Numbered from the stretch's first letter, positions 9,021-19,821 are shown. The stretch: DNA of 64,000 nt from Candidatus Obscuribacteraceae bacterium (GCA_044226015.1 JBGAHS010000002.1:593571-657570), one strand, 5' to 3'. Numbers and translations are program-made. The notes: generated by a model from the sequence alone, not told the origin.

Positions 9021-11740
9021 TTTGAACTTACCAGTAAGGTCAAAGGCTCGGAGAAGTCACCGACAGCGGTGCCATCGCCGTTCAATGCACGGGCTCGAAC
9101 CTGGTAATAACCACTGCCCGAAAATGCCTTGTCCGGAATCTGGAAGCTTTGCTCAGTTCCTTCAAGAGTATATTCTGCCGCAATTCCAGCACGACTAAGC
9201 TTCTCGTCCATGTTCTCAAAGAAAAATTCCTTCTGTGAAATCTGAACCTGAACTTTCACTCCGTTTTTACTGCTAATTAGCAGCGGCTTTGCAGAGTTAT
9301 AAGAGTAGACGCCAAAATTGCTGGCGGCTTCACCTTTGAACCCAAGGCTGGGACAAACATCTCCGGCAGATAACAAGCTTATTTCGTGCAAATTGATTTC
9401 TGCTACAGCAGGCAAAAACATGCACAGCTCGGAGATTTCATTCTGTCCATACCATCTCCACTGCCTTCCGATCGGAATGTATGCTGTTCGCAAAGTACTC
9501 GGGCTGGAATTATCAGCTGCCACACGGTACTGCATGGAATTTTTCTTTTCCAACTCAGCCAGCTTCGTCGCATTGCCCGCAGCCTTCCAGCGCACATGAA
9601 ATGGAAGATCAATAGCATTGTTCGAAGACCTGAATTGAACCTTCAAATAGGAATGTTCAAAGGGATGAATTGCCAGACCACTCAACCGCACACCATCTGT
9701 GTCTCGTGGCAGCACAACGGTTAATCCGTCACTCTTAAAACTGAATTCGCCGTGCCCAAGTGAATAAGGCGCGACAGCTCCATGCTTGGAAGTCTCACCT
9801 TCGCTCAGATTTAGATTGAATGTTTCCGGAGCTACTTCCACACGGCTTACTGACTGCTTAACCTCAATAAACTTCTTGAACTGGTTGCTCCACACATAGG
9901 GTCCTTGCACATCAGCACTGGTAACTGCATTTTTGAGGCGCGCACGATCGATGATGTTCTCATCTCCAAACAAGATGGAATCAAAAGTAAGAAATGGTTC
10001 CCAATGCTCTTTAGACGCGAATGGAGGACCCAGCAACATTTGCAGAGTTGGTCCGTTCAATATCATATGAGCACCAGCATGCTCTTTCGGAACACCAAGC
10101 AAAGCAATCTTCTGCGTAGCTGGCGTCTTCTCAGCAAGAGCTACGGCGTTGTCGAAAACTGCTTTTACTTCTCTACCAGCATGCAGCCAGAGCAGATTGG
10201 TGGCGTAACAGCTTTTCTGCAGAGAATAAGAAAGCAGCGCGATAAAAGCCACTGCAATAGCAAATAAGCGATGCGAAATTTTCTCTGGAAGCTTCTTCTC
10301 TGGAGAAAAAAGTAAAATTGGCAACACACTGCTCAGCGAAAGCGTAAGGAAGAAGCAAAAGCGAGCACCTTCAAGATTGGCTCCCAAGCCGAACAAACGA
10401 TAAATCGGAGCCGCAGCTGTCGCCGCCCAAACTCCCAGAAATGCCACCCAGCGCCACGGAATTGAACCGGTGACAAACCTCAATGCAACTAGAAACAACA
10501 AGGCTAAATACGCAACTACCGTGACTTGCTCTGCGGCACTACCCGGAGGCGAAATTTCAAAAGGGTAGGGCAGGAACAATCGACGCCAGTTATCCACGTC
10601 GAGCCACCGCCCGATTGCACTCGCACTTTGAGAAGCACCAACTGACCCATTGTAACCACCAAGCAAGGTTCCGAGGCAGGCAAACCTCACAACAAAATAA
10701 ACAACAGTACTTATCCACACAGCACGGCTAGACTGCCAAGCAAGTTTGATTCGCTGTCCAAAGGAAAAATCCTTCGCATCATTTGCATGCTCGGATTCAC
10801 TAGCACTTTCACAAGGTTCCATCAACTCAGGGAATATAAAGGCAATTGCGGCTAAAACGACACCTAAACCGATTGCCATTTCTTTGACACAGAGCCCCAA
10901 CAAAAACAGCGCAACACCACATACGGTGGCAACTAAAGACTTACGCCCCGAGGGGAGCTTCGCGCGATAAAGAAAGGTGCTAATTGCAGCGAGATAAAAC
11001 ATGCAGCAAGCAGAGTCAACACGCCCCACCACCCATGAAATGCTCTCACAATGAAGTGGATTGCAAACGAAAAGAACGCTACTGGCAAGCCCAGCGGCGG
11101 CAGCTCGCATCTTGCCCCAGCCTGAGCACAATCGGCGCACAACAAATGCAAGCAAACATGCTGAGCCCGCAAAGTACAGAATATTCGACAGGTAATAACC
11201 AACCGGATTGCCCTTCCAGATTAGATAATCGAAAACAAGCGTCATCAACAACATGGGGCGATAGACGCTCATGTTGGGCACCTGCATGTAGTTGCCACTG
11301 AAATTAGACCAGAAGAGGTCCCAGCGGTTGTTGGCAAAGATTTGATGGATGTAACGAATCTCGCCTATGTCGTCTGCCAGGAAAAAACTGCCCAGCGTCC
11401 GACCAAAAGTGACCCCGCAAATCAGAACAATGAGCCCAATTGTGAAGAAGGGATTCGTCAGTAATTGAGTCAATTTCTGTACCAAGCTCTCCTTCCAGTC
11501 CACGCCCCGCTTCACCTGGGTATCCTCAGGCTCCAACACGCCAGAGTCCGCAGCCCCAGAGTTACCGGGCTTTTCGGGCTGGTTGGCTATATCGGCGATG
11601 CCAGACTTTGACACAAACTTGGTTCCAGGGCAGACAATTCTTGGCAATCTTATCAAAACACCGCCGCTCTTCCCTTTACGAATGCTTAGCTTCCCTGAAA
11701 TTCGCGCTAATTTGTCCAAAATCGCCTGTATTTGTGACAT
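9017..11740 (-). CDS. GT-C glycosyltransferase, TMTC/PMT-like
   Basis: FLADD, YRPMLL, NPLHCESISWVVGR and KEMA motifs; overlaps the next gene by ATGA. Start codon uncertain. Confidence 0.75.
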   Translation of the reverse strand: MSQIQAILDKLARISGKLSIRKGKSGGVLIRLPRIVCPGTKFVSKSGIADIANQPEKPGNSGAADSGVLEPEDTQVKRGVDWKESLVQKLTQLLTNPFFTIGLIVLICGVTFGRTLGSFFLADDIGEIRYIHQIFANNRWDLFWSNFSGNYMQVPNMSVYRPMLLMTLVFDYLIWKGNPVGYYLSNILYFAGSACLLAFVVRRLCSGWGKMRAAAAGLASSVLFVCNPLHCESISWVVGRVDSACCMFYLAAISTFLYRAKLPSGRKSLVATVCGVALFLLGLCVKEMAIGLGVVLAAIAFIFPELMEPCESASESEHANDAKDFSFGQRIKLAWQSSRAVWISTVVYFVVRFACLGTLLGGYNGSVGASQSASAIGRWLDVDNWRRLFLPYPFEISPPGSAAEQVTVVAYLALLFLVALRFVTGSIPWRWVAFLGVWAATAAAPIYRLFGLGANLEGARFCFFLTLSLSSVLPILLFSPEKKLPEKISHRLFAIAVAFIALLSYSLQKSCYATNLLWLHAGREVKAVFDNAVALAEKTPATQKIALLGVPKEHAGAHMILNGPTLQMLLGPPFASKEHWEPFLTFDSILFGDENIIDRARLKNAVTSADVQGPYVWSNQFKKFIEVKQSVSRVEVAPETFNLNLSEGETSKHGAVAPYSLGHGEFSFKSDGLTVVLPRDTDGVRLSGLAIHPFEHSYLKVQFRSSNNAIDLPFHVRWKAAGNATKLAELEKKNSMQYRVAADNSSPSTLRTAYIPIGRQWRWYGQNEISELCMFLPAVAEINLHEISLLSAGDVCPSLGFKGEAASNFGVYSYNSAKPLLISSKNGVKVQVQISQKEFFFENMDEKLSRAGIAAEYTLEGTEQSFQIPDKAFSGSGYYQVRARALNGDGTAVGDFSEPLTLLVSSK

Positions 11741-11888
11741 TGCTGGACTTATCCTTCATTTACCAGACACTGACAATTACCGGACAATAGGTTTTGTTGT
11801 AAGCTTAAATGGATTTGAGATTCACCGGATATCAGCTTAGAAATCTGGGAAAAGATGAGAACTTTGCTTTAAACTTGTAGAGCGAATT

Positions 11889-12560
11889 ATGGCCAAAATT
11901 CTCATAGTCGAAGACGAGCCAACACTGGCGGAACCAATTAAAGCCTACCTGACACACGAGCATCACCTCGTGGAGGTCGTGGGGGATGGATTGGAGGCTA
12001 TGGAACGGCTGAAATTCTATAAGTACGATGTCATTATATTGGACTGGATGTTGCCAGGATTGCTGGGCGTTGAAGTTTGCAAGCAATTCCGGGCGAACGG
12101 CGGCACAACTCCAATTTTGATGCTAACTGCCAAGAAGCAGACACAAGAAAAGGTCTTTGCATTAGATCAGGGGGCGGATGACTATCTGACCAAGCCTTTT
12201 GATGTTCAGGAAGTGAGTGCACGGGTACGAGCACTTTTGCGACGCCCTCAAGCCGTCGCAGGAAATGTGCTGCGGGCAAAAAATGTCGTACTGGAACCAG
12301 CCACATTCAGAGTCACGCGCGACGGCGCAGAAGTACAGCTGCTGCCAAAAGAATTTGCGCTATTGGAATTCTTCATGAGACATCCAAACCAGGTGTTCAG
12401 TGCTGAAGCGCTGCTGGATAGAGTCTGGTCCTCGGATTCAGATGCCTCGCCTGAAACTATTCGAACTTACATTAAGCGGCTGCGCCAGAAAATAGACACA
12501 CAGGGGCAGGTCTCGCTGATTAGCACCGTGCATGGTGTCGGTTATAAATTAGACGCCTAG
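11889..12560 (+). CDS. OmpR/PhoB-family response regulator
   Basis: KILIVEDE, LDWMLPG, GADDYLTKPF; wHTH with YIKRLRQKI and TVHGVGY. Confidence 0.95.
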   Translation: MAKILIVEDEPTLAEPIKAYLTHEHHLVEVVGDGLEAMERLKFYKYDVIILDWMLPGLLGVEVCKQFRANGGTTPILMLTAKKQTQEKVFALDQGADDYLTKPFDVQEVSARVRALLRRPQAVAGNVLRAKNVVLEPATFRVTRDGAEVQLLPKEFALLEFFMRHPNQVFSAEALLDRVWSSDSDASPETIRTYIKRLRQKIDTQGQVSLISTVHGVGYKLDA

Positions 12561-12688
12561 AATAAACGCTCTCGTCTACATTTTGCTTTAAGAGCTTATG
12601 AGGCAGGAACCTTTGACGCTCGCTTCCGCCATCGCTATGGTTGCATCTCAACTGATAGCCGAAACTCAACATTGGCTCGGGGGTCTAA

Positions 12689-13411
12689 ATGAATTTTCCA
12701 GTTTTGCAGAAAACAAGTCTTGGACTGGCGTTGTCCCTTGTGGCATGCGCTTCGACGAACGCAGTAAATGCAGAGCCAGATAAGCAAACAACAACTCCAT
12801 CAAATGTGAAATCGAAGTCGAGCACAGGCTTAAAATCTGGACTCATGAATGCATCAGAACATCAAGCCATAAAAAAAGAGTCGGCCAAAATAAAAGAAGA
12901 CATCAAGAACCCAGACTCGATGCCTCCAATAAAAGGATTTCATCCGATCAAAAAACTCTGGCGTCCTATCGACAAAATGAATAACACAGTAGGAAGATTG
13001 CAAAAGCAAGTAACAAAACTGCAAAAGCCAATCGACGTACTGACGCCCCCCATGCTTGAGCTGCAAGGGAATATGACTAATGTAGATAAGCGCATTAGTA
13101 GCGTGGAATCACAATTAACTGACTTGCACAAGAGGGTCACTGGGGTTCGTAGCGATCTAAAAACGACGTCCAAATCTATTGCAAGCCTGAGATTGCCATT
13201 AGTAGAACTCAAGCAGCCAATGGAGAACATAGCCGGTCCAATATCAGCGTTAGACGCTCAACTGAACTGGATAATCGCAGCAATCGTCATGGCAGCAGGT
13301 GGTGTCGCCATTGGTGCTCCCCTAGCAGCCCTTTTGATTTACATTAATCGCTTTCGTCTTTTTCCAGCATTCTTTTCAAAGAAATATTCGGAACGCTCAG
13401 CTAGCGTTTGA
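12689..13411 (+). CDS. Hypothetical exported/lipoprotein with coiled coil and C-terminal TM helix
   Basis: Signal with LVAC lipobox-like motif, heptad-rich middle, hydrophobic WIIAAIVMAAGGVAIGAPLAALLIY. Confidence 0.65.
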   Translation: MNFPVLQKTSLGLALSLVACASTNAVNAEPDKQTTTPSNVKSKSSTGLKSGLMNASEHQAIKKESAKIKEDIKNPDSMPPIKGFHPIKKLWRPIDKMNNTVGRLQKQVTKLQKPIDVLTPPMLELQGNMTNVDKRISSVESQLTDLHKRVTGVRSDLKTTSKSIASLRLPLVELKQPMENIAGPISALDAQLNWIIAAIVMAAGGVAIGAPLAALLIYINRFRLFPAFFSKKYSERSASV

Positions 13412-13438
13412 TTGTGTTCCGTTACAAGAATCCGCACT

Positions 13439-13598
13439 GGGTCCGAGATCCACAGGATCCGAGATCCACAGGATCCGAGATCAGCAGGATCCGAGATCAG
13501 CAGGATCCGAGATCCACAGGATCCGAGATCCACAGGATCCGAGATCAGCAGGATCCGAGATCCACAGGATCCGAGATCCGCAGGATCCGAGATCCGCA
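13439..13598. repeat. Tandem array of ten 16-bp units, GGATCCGAGATC(CA/AG/CG)CA
   Basis: Read directly: units start at 13439, 13455 ... 13583, between convergent genes. Confidence 0.95.
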
Positions 13599-13697
13599 GG
13601 ATACAGGAATCAACAGCCCGCAAGAATTCAGTCCTGGGGATCATAAGATTCACGAGCACTCAACTTCAGAAATCAGCAAATCGCAAAATTAATTGGA

Positions 13698-14930
13698 TTA
13701 GGCAAGAACCTTGCTGCTGATGGCTTCGGCAACTTTCCTTCCCGAAGCCATCGCACCGTTTATCGAACCGGTCTCTTTATAGTCACCACAATTAAACAGA
13801 GGTGGCGTATCGTAATTCTTGTCGACGCCGGCAAGATCTTTCGGAGATTGACTTGGCAGAGCGTACTTAACCCTGTATGTGCGAAGATGGCGCCAAGCAG
13901 ACACCTGCTTGCCGTACCATGAACTCAGGTGAGAGCGCACAGCTTCATCAACTTGCTCATCGCTCATCTTAGGCTCACCTACGATCGATACCGACATCAG
14001 GCTCTGCCCTTCAGGAGCGTACGTCGCAGAGACGTTGCTCGGTACACAGAAATTATTGACGATACCAGACTTTTCGCCATTGAGCACCAGAAGCGGCTCT
14101 TCAAACGGCGGGCGTTCAGAACTGTAATATAAGCAAGTCTGGCTTCGAAAATCAACTCTATCAGATTGCCCTGTAAGTCGCCTGTACTCAGGTTCTTCAC
14201 AAGCAATTACTACAGCTTTGTACTGCCGACTTTCTCCATCAGCGAACTTCACCGAATTCCCATTAACACTTTCAACCTTTCTACTGAACTGAATGCATCC
14301 ACTTGGAAGTCGCGACGCAATTTGCTCAGGAATAGACTGCATGCCACCGGACGGAATCACGTTGTCGCCATTTGCAAATATTTTGAAGAGAAACTCGAAC
14401 ATGGTAGAAGATGTTTCCAGGTCTTGCTCCAGAAAGATTCCTCCAAAGAAAGGTCGGAAAAACTCATTAATCATGTTCTCTGAAAACCCCGACTGCTTCA
14501 GAGCAGTCATGGTAGTGTCGCCTTTCTCGTGCATCGGAAGCAGTCCCGCTCGAAGTGACGCCACAAGCATCTTGTCAGAGACATTTCCAATGGGAGACAG
14601 TAGTGTTGGAACAAGTTCCAATGGCTGCCTCACAGGATCGGCGAGACGGTGAAACTTATCTCCAGATCGCACAAGGGCACCAGGAAAAAACGACTTAAAT
14701 TTCAAGGCAGAGTAGTCCAAAACTCGTTTCGCTTCGGGGTATGCTGTCAAAAAGATTTGAAAACCGCGATCGAGCAGAAAGCCATCCTCTCGATCAGTTT
14801 TCACTCGTCCCCCGACGGACTCAGAGCCTTCGACGATAGTGAATTCGACGCCTTTCCGGTCCAGCCAATTAGCGCAAGTGAGCCCCGCCAATCCTGCTCC
14901 AATTATTAAAACCTTGTCTGAACTCATCAC
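13698..14930 (-). CDS. FAD-dependent oxidoreductase (amine oxidase/protoporphyrinogen oxidase-like)
   Basis: IIGAGLAGL, VGGRVKT, LDRGFQIFLTAYPE, C-terminal GDY...SINGAMASG. Confidence 0.9.
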   Translation of the reverse strand: MMSSDKVLIIGAGLAGLTCANWLDRKGVEFTIVEGSESVGGRVKTDREDGFLLDRGFQIFLTAYPEAKRVLDYSALKFKSFFPGALVRSGDKFHRLADPVRQPLELVPTLLSPIGNVSDKMLVASLRAGLLPMHEKGDTTMTALKQSGFSENMINEFFRPFFGGIFLEQDLETSSTMFEFLFKIFANGDNVIPSGGMQSIPEQIASRLPSGCIQFSRKVESVNGNSVKFADGESRQYKAVVIACEEPEYRRLTGQSDRVDFRSQTCLYYSSERPPFEEPLLVLNGEKSGIVNNFCVPSNVSATYAPEGQSLMSVSIVGEPKMSDEQVDEAVRSHLSSWYGKQVSAWRHLRTYRVKYALPSQSPKDLAGVDKNYDTPPLFNCGDYKETGSINGAMASGRKVAEAISSKVLA

Positions 14931-14965
14931 TCACCTATCTTTTGCCAAATCAATTCTAGCTCTCA

Positions 14966-16843
14966 TTAATGAACCTTAAGTGAACGAACCTTCTGTAAAT
15001 AATACTCATAGCGCTCATCGGCGATTTTATGTAATTCAGGATAGCGAATCAGCAGCTCCCTTATTTTCCCAAACGCATCAGCTTTCTCCTGGAAATCAGC
15101 AGATCGCGCTGCATCAAAGCCTTTGAGGCGACTTCTAAAAAACGGTTCAACTTTATCTTCCTGACCGTTAGCAATCCACTCGTCAACAAGCACTCCCTCA
15201 AAATCAACCGCCTGTCGCAATTCATCGGCCTGGAATTTTGCCTCCTCGACAAATTGGTAATCGGCTATAGCTTTATCGTGTTCTTTCCTGCGAGATTCCA
15301 GATTGCCTCTATCACGCAAGAGTTCCAAATAGTGAATACCGGTTCTTACCTCAAAAGCCGACGGAACATCAAGAATCTTAGTATCCTTTTGCTGTTTCCT
15401 CGCATGCTCTAGCCCTATCTTGATGATGGCATCAGCATCATCATATCGGTTTGAATTCAGATAAAGTGAGGCTAAATTCTCGTAGCAGTCAGAGGCTTCT
15501 ACTGTATATTCGCCATCGGGCAAGCGACAAAAACTCAGCGCTTTTTTCCAGGTGTCTTCACTGTCCCTAAGTTGCAAATGTCTTTCAATATCGGCGACAG
15601 AACGATAAGAAACAAATTGAATTCCTTTCTCTTTCGGCGAAATTTGCTGCAATGCCGTCAGAATACCCTTTCTGATTTCCAGAGCTTTCATCGTGTTATC
15701 GGCCGAATTTGAATACTCAAAACGCTCAGACTCAGAGAGCAACTGCGATAACTGACGCCTGGCAGATTGAATCTTTGGCACGTTAGTGGAAGCAGTTCGG
15801 CCAAGCTCAGAAGCGCCCTTCTTTTCCATGTAAACCATACTGGCAGCGACAAGGCAGACCATAATTGCACAGATGATTAGAGCAATATGTTTCCCGAAGG
15901 AACTCTGGCGTTCCTGCCTCTCTGTCCATCTGTTTCTCTTGCCAGCATTCGGTAGAGCTTGCAAGAGCATAGACTTAAACTCTCTAGCGCAGGAGGGTCG
16001 CGCATCGGCATCTTTGGAAAGTGCTTTTAAACACAAATCAAAAGCTGCCGCACGACTCACTGTATTTTCAAATTTCCCAGAAGCAGGCAAAGTCGCAGCC
16101 TGATGAAGCTGCAAATACCGTGTATGCATTGGGGTTTCGCCTTGAAACGGAGGCTTGCCCGATAAACATTCATAAAGCATACAAGCAACCGAATAAAGGT
16201 CAGCTCTTGCATCTAGCTTATCGCCTCGACATTGCTCAGGACTCATGTATGGTGCACTACCCGACAATTGGATAGTACGAGTCAAATTTAGTTTTCCTTC
16301 TTCACCTTCGAGTTCTCTGGCAATGCCAAAATCTAGCAATTTCACAAGCAGGCTATCACTCTCCGGATCCTTCATGATCATTACGTTTCCAGGTTTCAAA
16401 TCACGGTGCAAGAGATTATTGCTGTGTGCGCAATCCAGAGCATCTAGAATTTGAGTAAAGACCTCTACGATCTTCCGTGGACTCAACACTTCCTCAGAGC
16501 CTAACAACTGAGAGAGCGTCACACCCTCGATGTATTCACACACAAGAAACGGTGTGCCATCAGAACACGCCCCCATCTGGTAAACCTTCACGATATTTTG
16601 ATGAGACAAGCGCGCCAGAACTTTTGCTTCGGTCTGCATTCGCGCAATTTGCTTCGCCATATCTGCTGAGCCGTCAGTCTTGATGATCTTGAGAGCTACC
16701 AGCTGTTGAAGTGTCTTTTGCCTGGCTTTCAAAACTATGCCATGAGCACCCTCACCAAGAAATTCAAGAACCGCATATTCAGAAGGAACTTGCGATGCAA
16801 TTTCCTGCAATACCGCAGGTACAACTTCACGAGAATTTGACAT
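14966..16843 (-). CDS. Hanks-type Ser/Thr protein kinase with TM helix and TPR-like C-terminal domain
   Basis: GEGAHG, VALK, HRDLKPGN, DFG, YMSPEQ; TM IALIICAIMVCLVAASMV. Start taken at MSNSRE (ORF open to 16912). Confidence 0.9.
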   Translation of the reverse strand: MSNSREVVPAVLQEIASQVPSEYAVLEFLGEGAHGIVLKARQKTLQQLVALKIIKTDGSADMAKQIARMQTEAKVLARLSHQNIVKVYQMGACSDGTPFLVCEYIEGVTLSQLLGSEEVLSPRKIVEVFTQILDALDCAHSNNLLHRDLKPGNVMIMKDPESDSLLVKLLDFGIARELEGEEGKLNLTRTIQLSGSAPYMSPEQCRGDKLDARADLYSVACMLYECLSGKPPFQGETPMHTRYLQLHQAATLPASGKFENTVSRAAAFDLCLKALSKDADARPSCAREFKSMLLQALPNAGKRNRWTERQERQSSFGKHIALIICAIMVCLVAASMVYMEKKGASELGRTASTNVPKIQSARRQLSQLLSESERFEYSNSADNTMKALEIRKGILTALQQISPKEKGIQFVSYRSVADIERHLQLRDSEDTWKKALSFCRLPDGEYTVEASDCYENLASLYLNSNRYDDADAIIKIGLEHARKQQKDTKILDVPSAFEVRTGIHYLELLRDRGNLESRRKEHDKAIADYQFVEEAKFQADELRQAVDFEGVLVDEWIANGQEDKVEPFFRSRLKGFDAARSADFQEKADAFGKIRELLIRYPELHKIADERYEYYLQKVRSLKVH

Positions 16844-16980
16844 GGAGCCCCCGACTAAGCGAAGAGTCAACAGACGTAAAATGGGGGGGCTAGACTTACT
16901 ATACCCACACAATTATGTTCGTATCGCAAATGAAATTATTTTGCCGTTAGTAGCCTTTGTACACGTCGACTACAGCTGAT

Positions 16981-17865
16981 CTATTTTTGCTTATCTAACT
17001 GGCGAGACACAGGCAGCTCAGGGTCTGACCCCCACTCCATCATCGACCCGTCGTAAACGGGTATCTTCTCACCGGTGTAAATCTCATGCAGTAATGCAAC
17101 AGTACAAGCGCGCACACCAACCTCACAAAACGCGACAATGCTTTTTGCTTGTGCAGCTTGTTCCGGCCAAACCTTCTGCAAATTCTCGGCGTTTAGAAAA
17201 GTTCCGTCAGAATTGAACAACTTAGAGTAAGGAAGTAGACAGGCATGCTCAAGCGTTCCAGTTCGAGGCATATACTCGTAAGAATCGCCGATGAACTCCG
17301 GCAGGCTGCGTGTATCAATCAATAACGGGTAGGGCTTTTCGCTCATTAACGACTTCAATTCCTGCAGCCGTATTCTGCGGTTTTCATCACGACGAACCAG
17401 AAATGGCTCCCCTGGAGGAGGCACCGCATCCGGTGCCACGGAGACAGCAGCCGAATTAGCCTTCCAACTGTTGAATCCGCCATCCAAAATGCGTACATCG
17501 CTTGCTCCGAAATAGAGCAGCATCCATGAAATTCGCCCTTCTCGACCTTTAGATTTATTGCCGTCAGCATAAACAACCACGGTGCGATCGTTCGACAAAC
17601 CGAGCTTAGTCAGCTTGCTTGCAATCTCATCGTCTTGCATCTCTGTGAGTAAGCCCCAATAACCGGGCTGATGCAGATCTGCCTTAGCTTCAGCAGGCGC
17701 CTTCGCACACCATTCCTCCCAGGCAATATGAATAGCACCAGGAATATGCCCGAGCTCAAATTCCGAGATTTCACGAGTGTCAACCAGCGAAACAGAACCA
17801 GGATCTTTTTCAAGGAGTCCCGATAATTCGGCAACAGTAATTAACGAAATGGGTGTCTTAGACAT
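16981..17865 (-). CDS. Tandem-rhodanese sulfurtransferase
   Basis: GHIPGA, LDGGFNSW, IDTRS, active-site loop FCEVGVRA, YDGSMMEW. Confidence 0.9.
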   Translation of the reverse strand: MSKTPISLITVAELSGLLEKDPGSVSLVDTREISEFELGHIPGAIHIAWEEWCAKAPAEAKADLHQPGYWGLLTEMQDDEIASKLTKLGLSNDRTVVVYADGNKSKGREGRISWMLLYFGASDVRILDGGFNSWKANSAAVSVAPDAVPPPGEPFLVRRDENRRIRLQELKSLMSEKPYPLLIDTRSLPEFIGDSYEYMPRTGTLEHACLLPYSKLFNSDGTFLNAENLQKVWPEQAAQAKSIVAFCEVGVRACTVALLHEIYTGEKIPVYDGSMMEWGSDPELPVSRQLDKQK

Positions 17866-17867
17866 GG

Positions 17868-19724
17868 TTATGGCTCAGCGGTAGGAACAACAGCAGAAGC
17901 AGGAAGTATAGACCCACTCAGGAATGAATTGAAATCATCTTTTAGTTGTTCTCTGGCCGCCTTGAGAATGTACATCATGTGGCCCGCCGGATAATACGTT
18001 AATCTGACATTCCCTCTAATGGTGGGGTCGAGCAACAGCTGGTCAGCGGTGTATTTTGATGCGAAGTATGGTGTCGCTAAGTCGTAGTAACCACAGCACA
18101 ACCAAACTTTGAGATAAGGATTGCGACTCATGGCTTTGCGCAAATCATCCGAAACATCCAGATATTTGTTTTGAGCATTGCGCCAACTCCACGGCCACAC
18201 ATTTGCAAAAGACTCATAGGGAAGTTCACTCTCGTATTTGAGCTCTTTCCGCACATATTCATTGAATGCTGCTGTGTAGGTTCCTAACACAGCTTCTGAA
18301 CTGGGGTCGAACTCGCTTTGTTCAGTGCCTGGGTTATAGCGCACACCTGTAAATCTACTATCAAATCTTCCCAACTGTCGATTGCGCTCGTAAAGTAATT
18401 TGGTGAAGAACAGAGAATCCTCAATTCTGTTGTTTGCGCGTTTGAGAAAAGCCGCAGGTAATCCTGTAAATCGAGACATCTTTTGAGAAATCTCTTCAGC
18501 CCTAGCATCACTTAACCTATCTCCCTCAAACAATGCATCACGATATTCATGCGAGGCGAATTCTTCCGACTCGCGCAACACTTGTGAAAGTGGCTTTGCT
18601 TGCATATCAGGAGAGAGCATTTTGTGATACCACGCAGTTGCCGCGTAAGAAGGCAGAAACATTACAAACGGCATCTCATTTCCGGGGTTGAAATCGATTG
18701 TCGAGAAATTCAGCACCGTAGAGACTAATACAATACCGTTGAAATAAATGCCATACCTTCGCTGCATGAAATCACTCAAACCAGCAGCACGGGTGGTTCC
18801 GTAACTCTCACCGATGATGAATTTCGGAGAACTCCAGCGCTGATTTTTTGTCAGGTATAAACGAATAAACTCGCTTACACTTTCTATATCTTCCGAGAAA
18901 CCATGAAACTTCTTCGGGTCTTCATCAGGCTCAGTGCGACTGAAGCCAGTAGAGACAGGGTCGATGAAAACCAAATCTGTTTTATCGAGCCAGGACTCAT
19001 TATTATCTTCTAGCTTGTACGGAGGTGGCAGAGCTTCACCCCTGTCGCTTAACACAGCGCGTCTGGGACCCAAGCCACCCATGTGCAACCAAATTGAAGC
19101 TGACCCAGGACCGCCATTGAAGGTGAACGCGACAGGTCTCTTACTCGCGTTTTCATCATCTTGCCGCGTGTAAGCTATATAAAAAACCTTTGCCAAAGTC
19201 TTGTGTTCGGCCTTCTTGTCCTTATCTTTGTCCTTGTCTTTGTCTTTTTCGGTCTCTGAGCTTTTCTTCTTTTCCGAAAAGTCTTTCATTAACATATAGC
19301 CTGCGGTTGCTTTATAGCGCACAGACTTGCCATTTATCATCACGGTGTGTTCAGTTACAGAGAGCTTTGGCTCGTTTTTTTCGTTTTTTTCGTTCTTTTC
19401 GTCCTTTTCGCTTTTTTCGTCCTTATCTTTATCTTTGTTAGAGCTATTAGAATCGGACTTAGCCTTATTTTTGCTCTCTTGCTCTGATTTGCCTTTCTTG
19501 GACTGCTCTTCGGCTGCCCCTTTCTCGGCCAGTACTCGACGGTCTTTTGCTTTCAGACGACTCTTACTTTCAGACTGCGTGTTAGCGTGGTTTTTGTTCT
19601 GCTGCCCTGGTTCATCACTTTGCTGATTGCCACTGGCAGAATTAGCACAGTAAGCTACATTCCACCAACAAGATGAACTCGTCAAAACTGACAATGCAAA
19701 AGCTTTCCAAAACTGCATGCTCAC
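17868..19724 (-). CDS. Serine carboxypeptidase, peptidase S10 family, exported
   Basis: FNGGPGSAS, FIDPVSTGFS, GESYG, AGHMMY; signal peptide and K/E/D low-complexity N-terminus. Confidence 0.92.
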   Translation of the reverse strand: MSMQFWKAFALSVLTSSSCWWNVAYCANSASGNQQSDEPGQQNKNHANTQSESKSRLKAKDRRVLAEKGAAEEQSKKGKSEQESKNKAKSDSNSSNKDKDKDEKSEKDEKNEKNEKNEPKLSVTEHTVMINGKSVRYKATAGYMLMKDFSEKKKSSETEKDKDKDKDKDKKAEHKTLAKVFYIAYTRQDDENASKRPVAFTFNGGPGSASIWLHMGGLGPRRAVLSDRGEALPPPYKLEDNNESWLDKTDLVFIDPVSTGFSRTEPDEDPKKFHGFSEDIESVSEFIRLYLTKNQRWSSPKFIIGESYGTTRAAGLSDFMQRRYGIYFNGIVLVSTVLNFSTIDFNPGNEMPFVMFLPSYAATAWYHKMLSPDMQAKPLSQVLRESEEFASHEYRDALFEGDRLSDARAEEISQKMSRFTGLPAAFLKRANNRIEDSLFFTKLLYERNRQLGRFDSRFTGVRYNPGTEQSEFDPSSEAVLGTYTAAFNEYVRKELKYESELPYESFANVWPWSWRNAQNKYLDVSDDLRKAMSRNPYLKVWLCCGYYDLATPYFASKYTADQLLLDPTIRGNVRLTYYPAGHMMYILKAAREQLKDDFNSFLSGSILPASAVVPTAEP

Positions 19725-19821
19725 GTTAATCTCATTTCGCTTTCTATTGAAAGCACAGGGAATAAAGAGGAAGAGCTAACTATAGCAGCTTAAATAGCCT
19801 GATTCATCCAGTTATGAGATC

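Noticed and set aside
13439..13598. CRISPR array or repeat-protein ORFs (13339-13659, 13408-13692, 13412-13720)
   Set aside because: Units are contiguous with no unique spacers and no cas genes are present. The 16-bp period is not a multiple of 3, and the ORFs are open only because the repeat lacks stops.
19210..19440. Short nucleotide repeats in the S10 peptidase gene
   Set aside because: They are explained by coding low-complexity DK and EKN runs in a disordered N-terminus.
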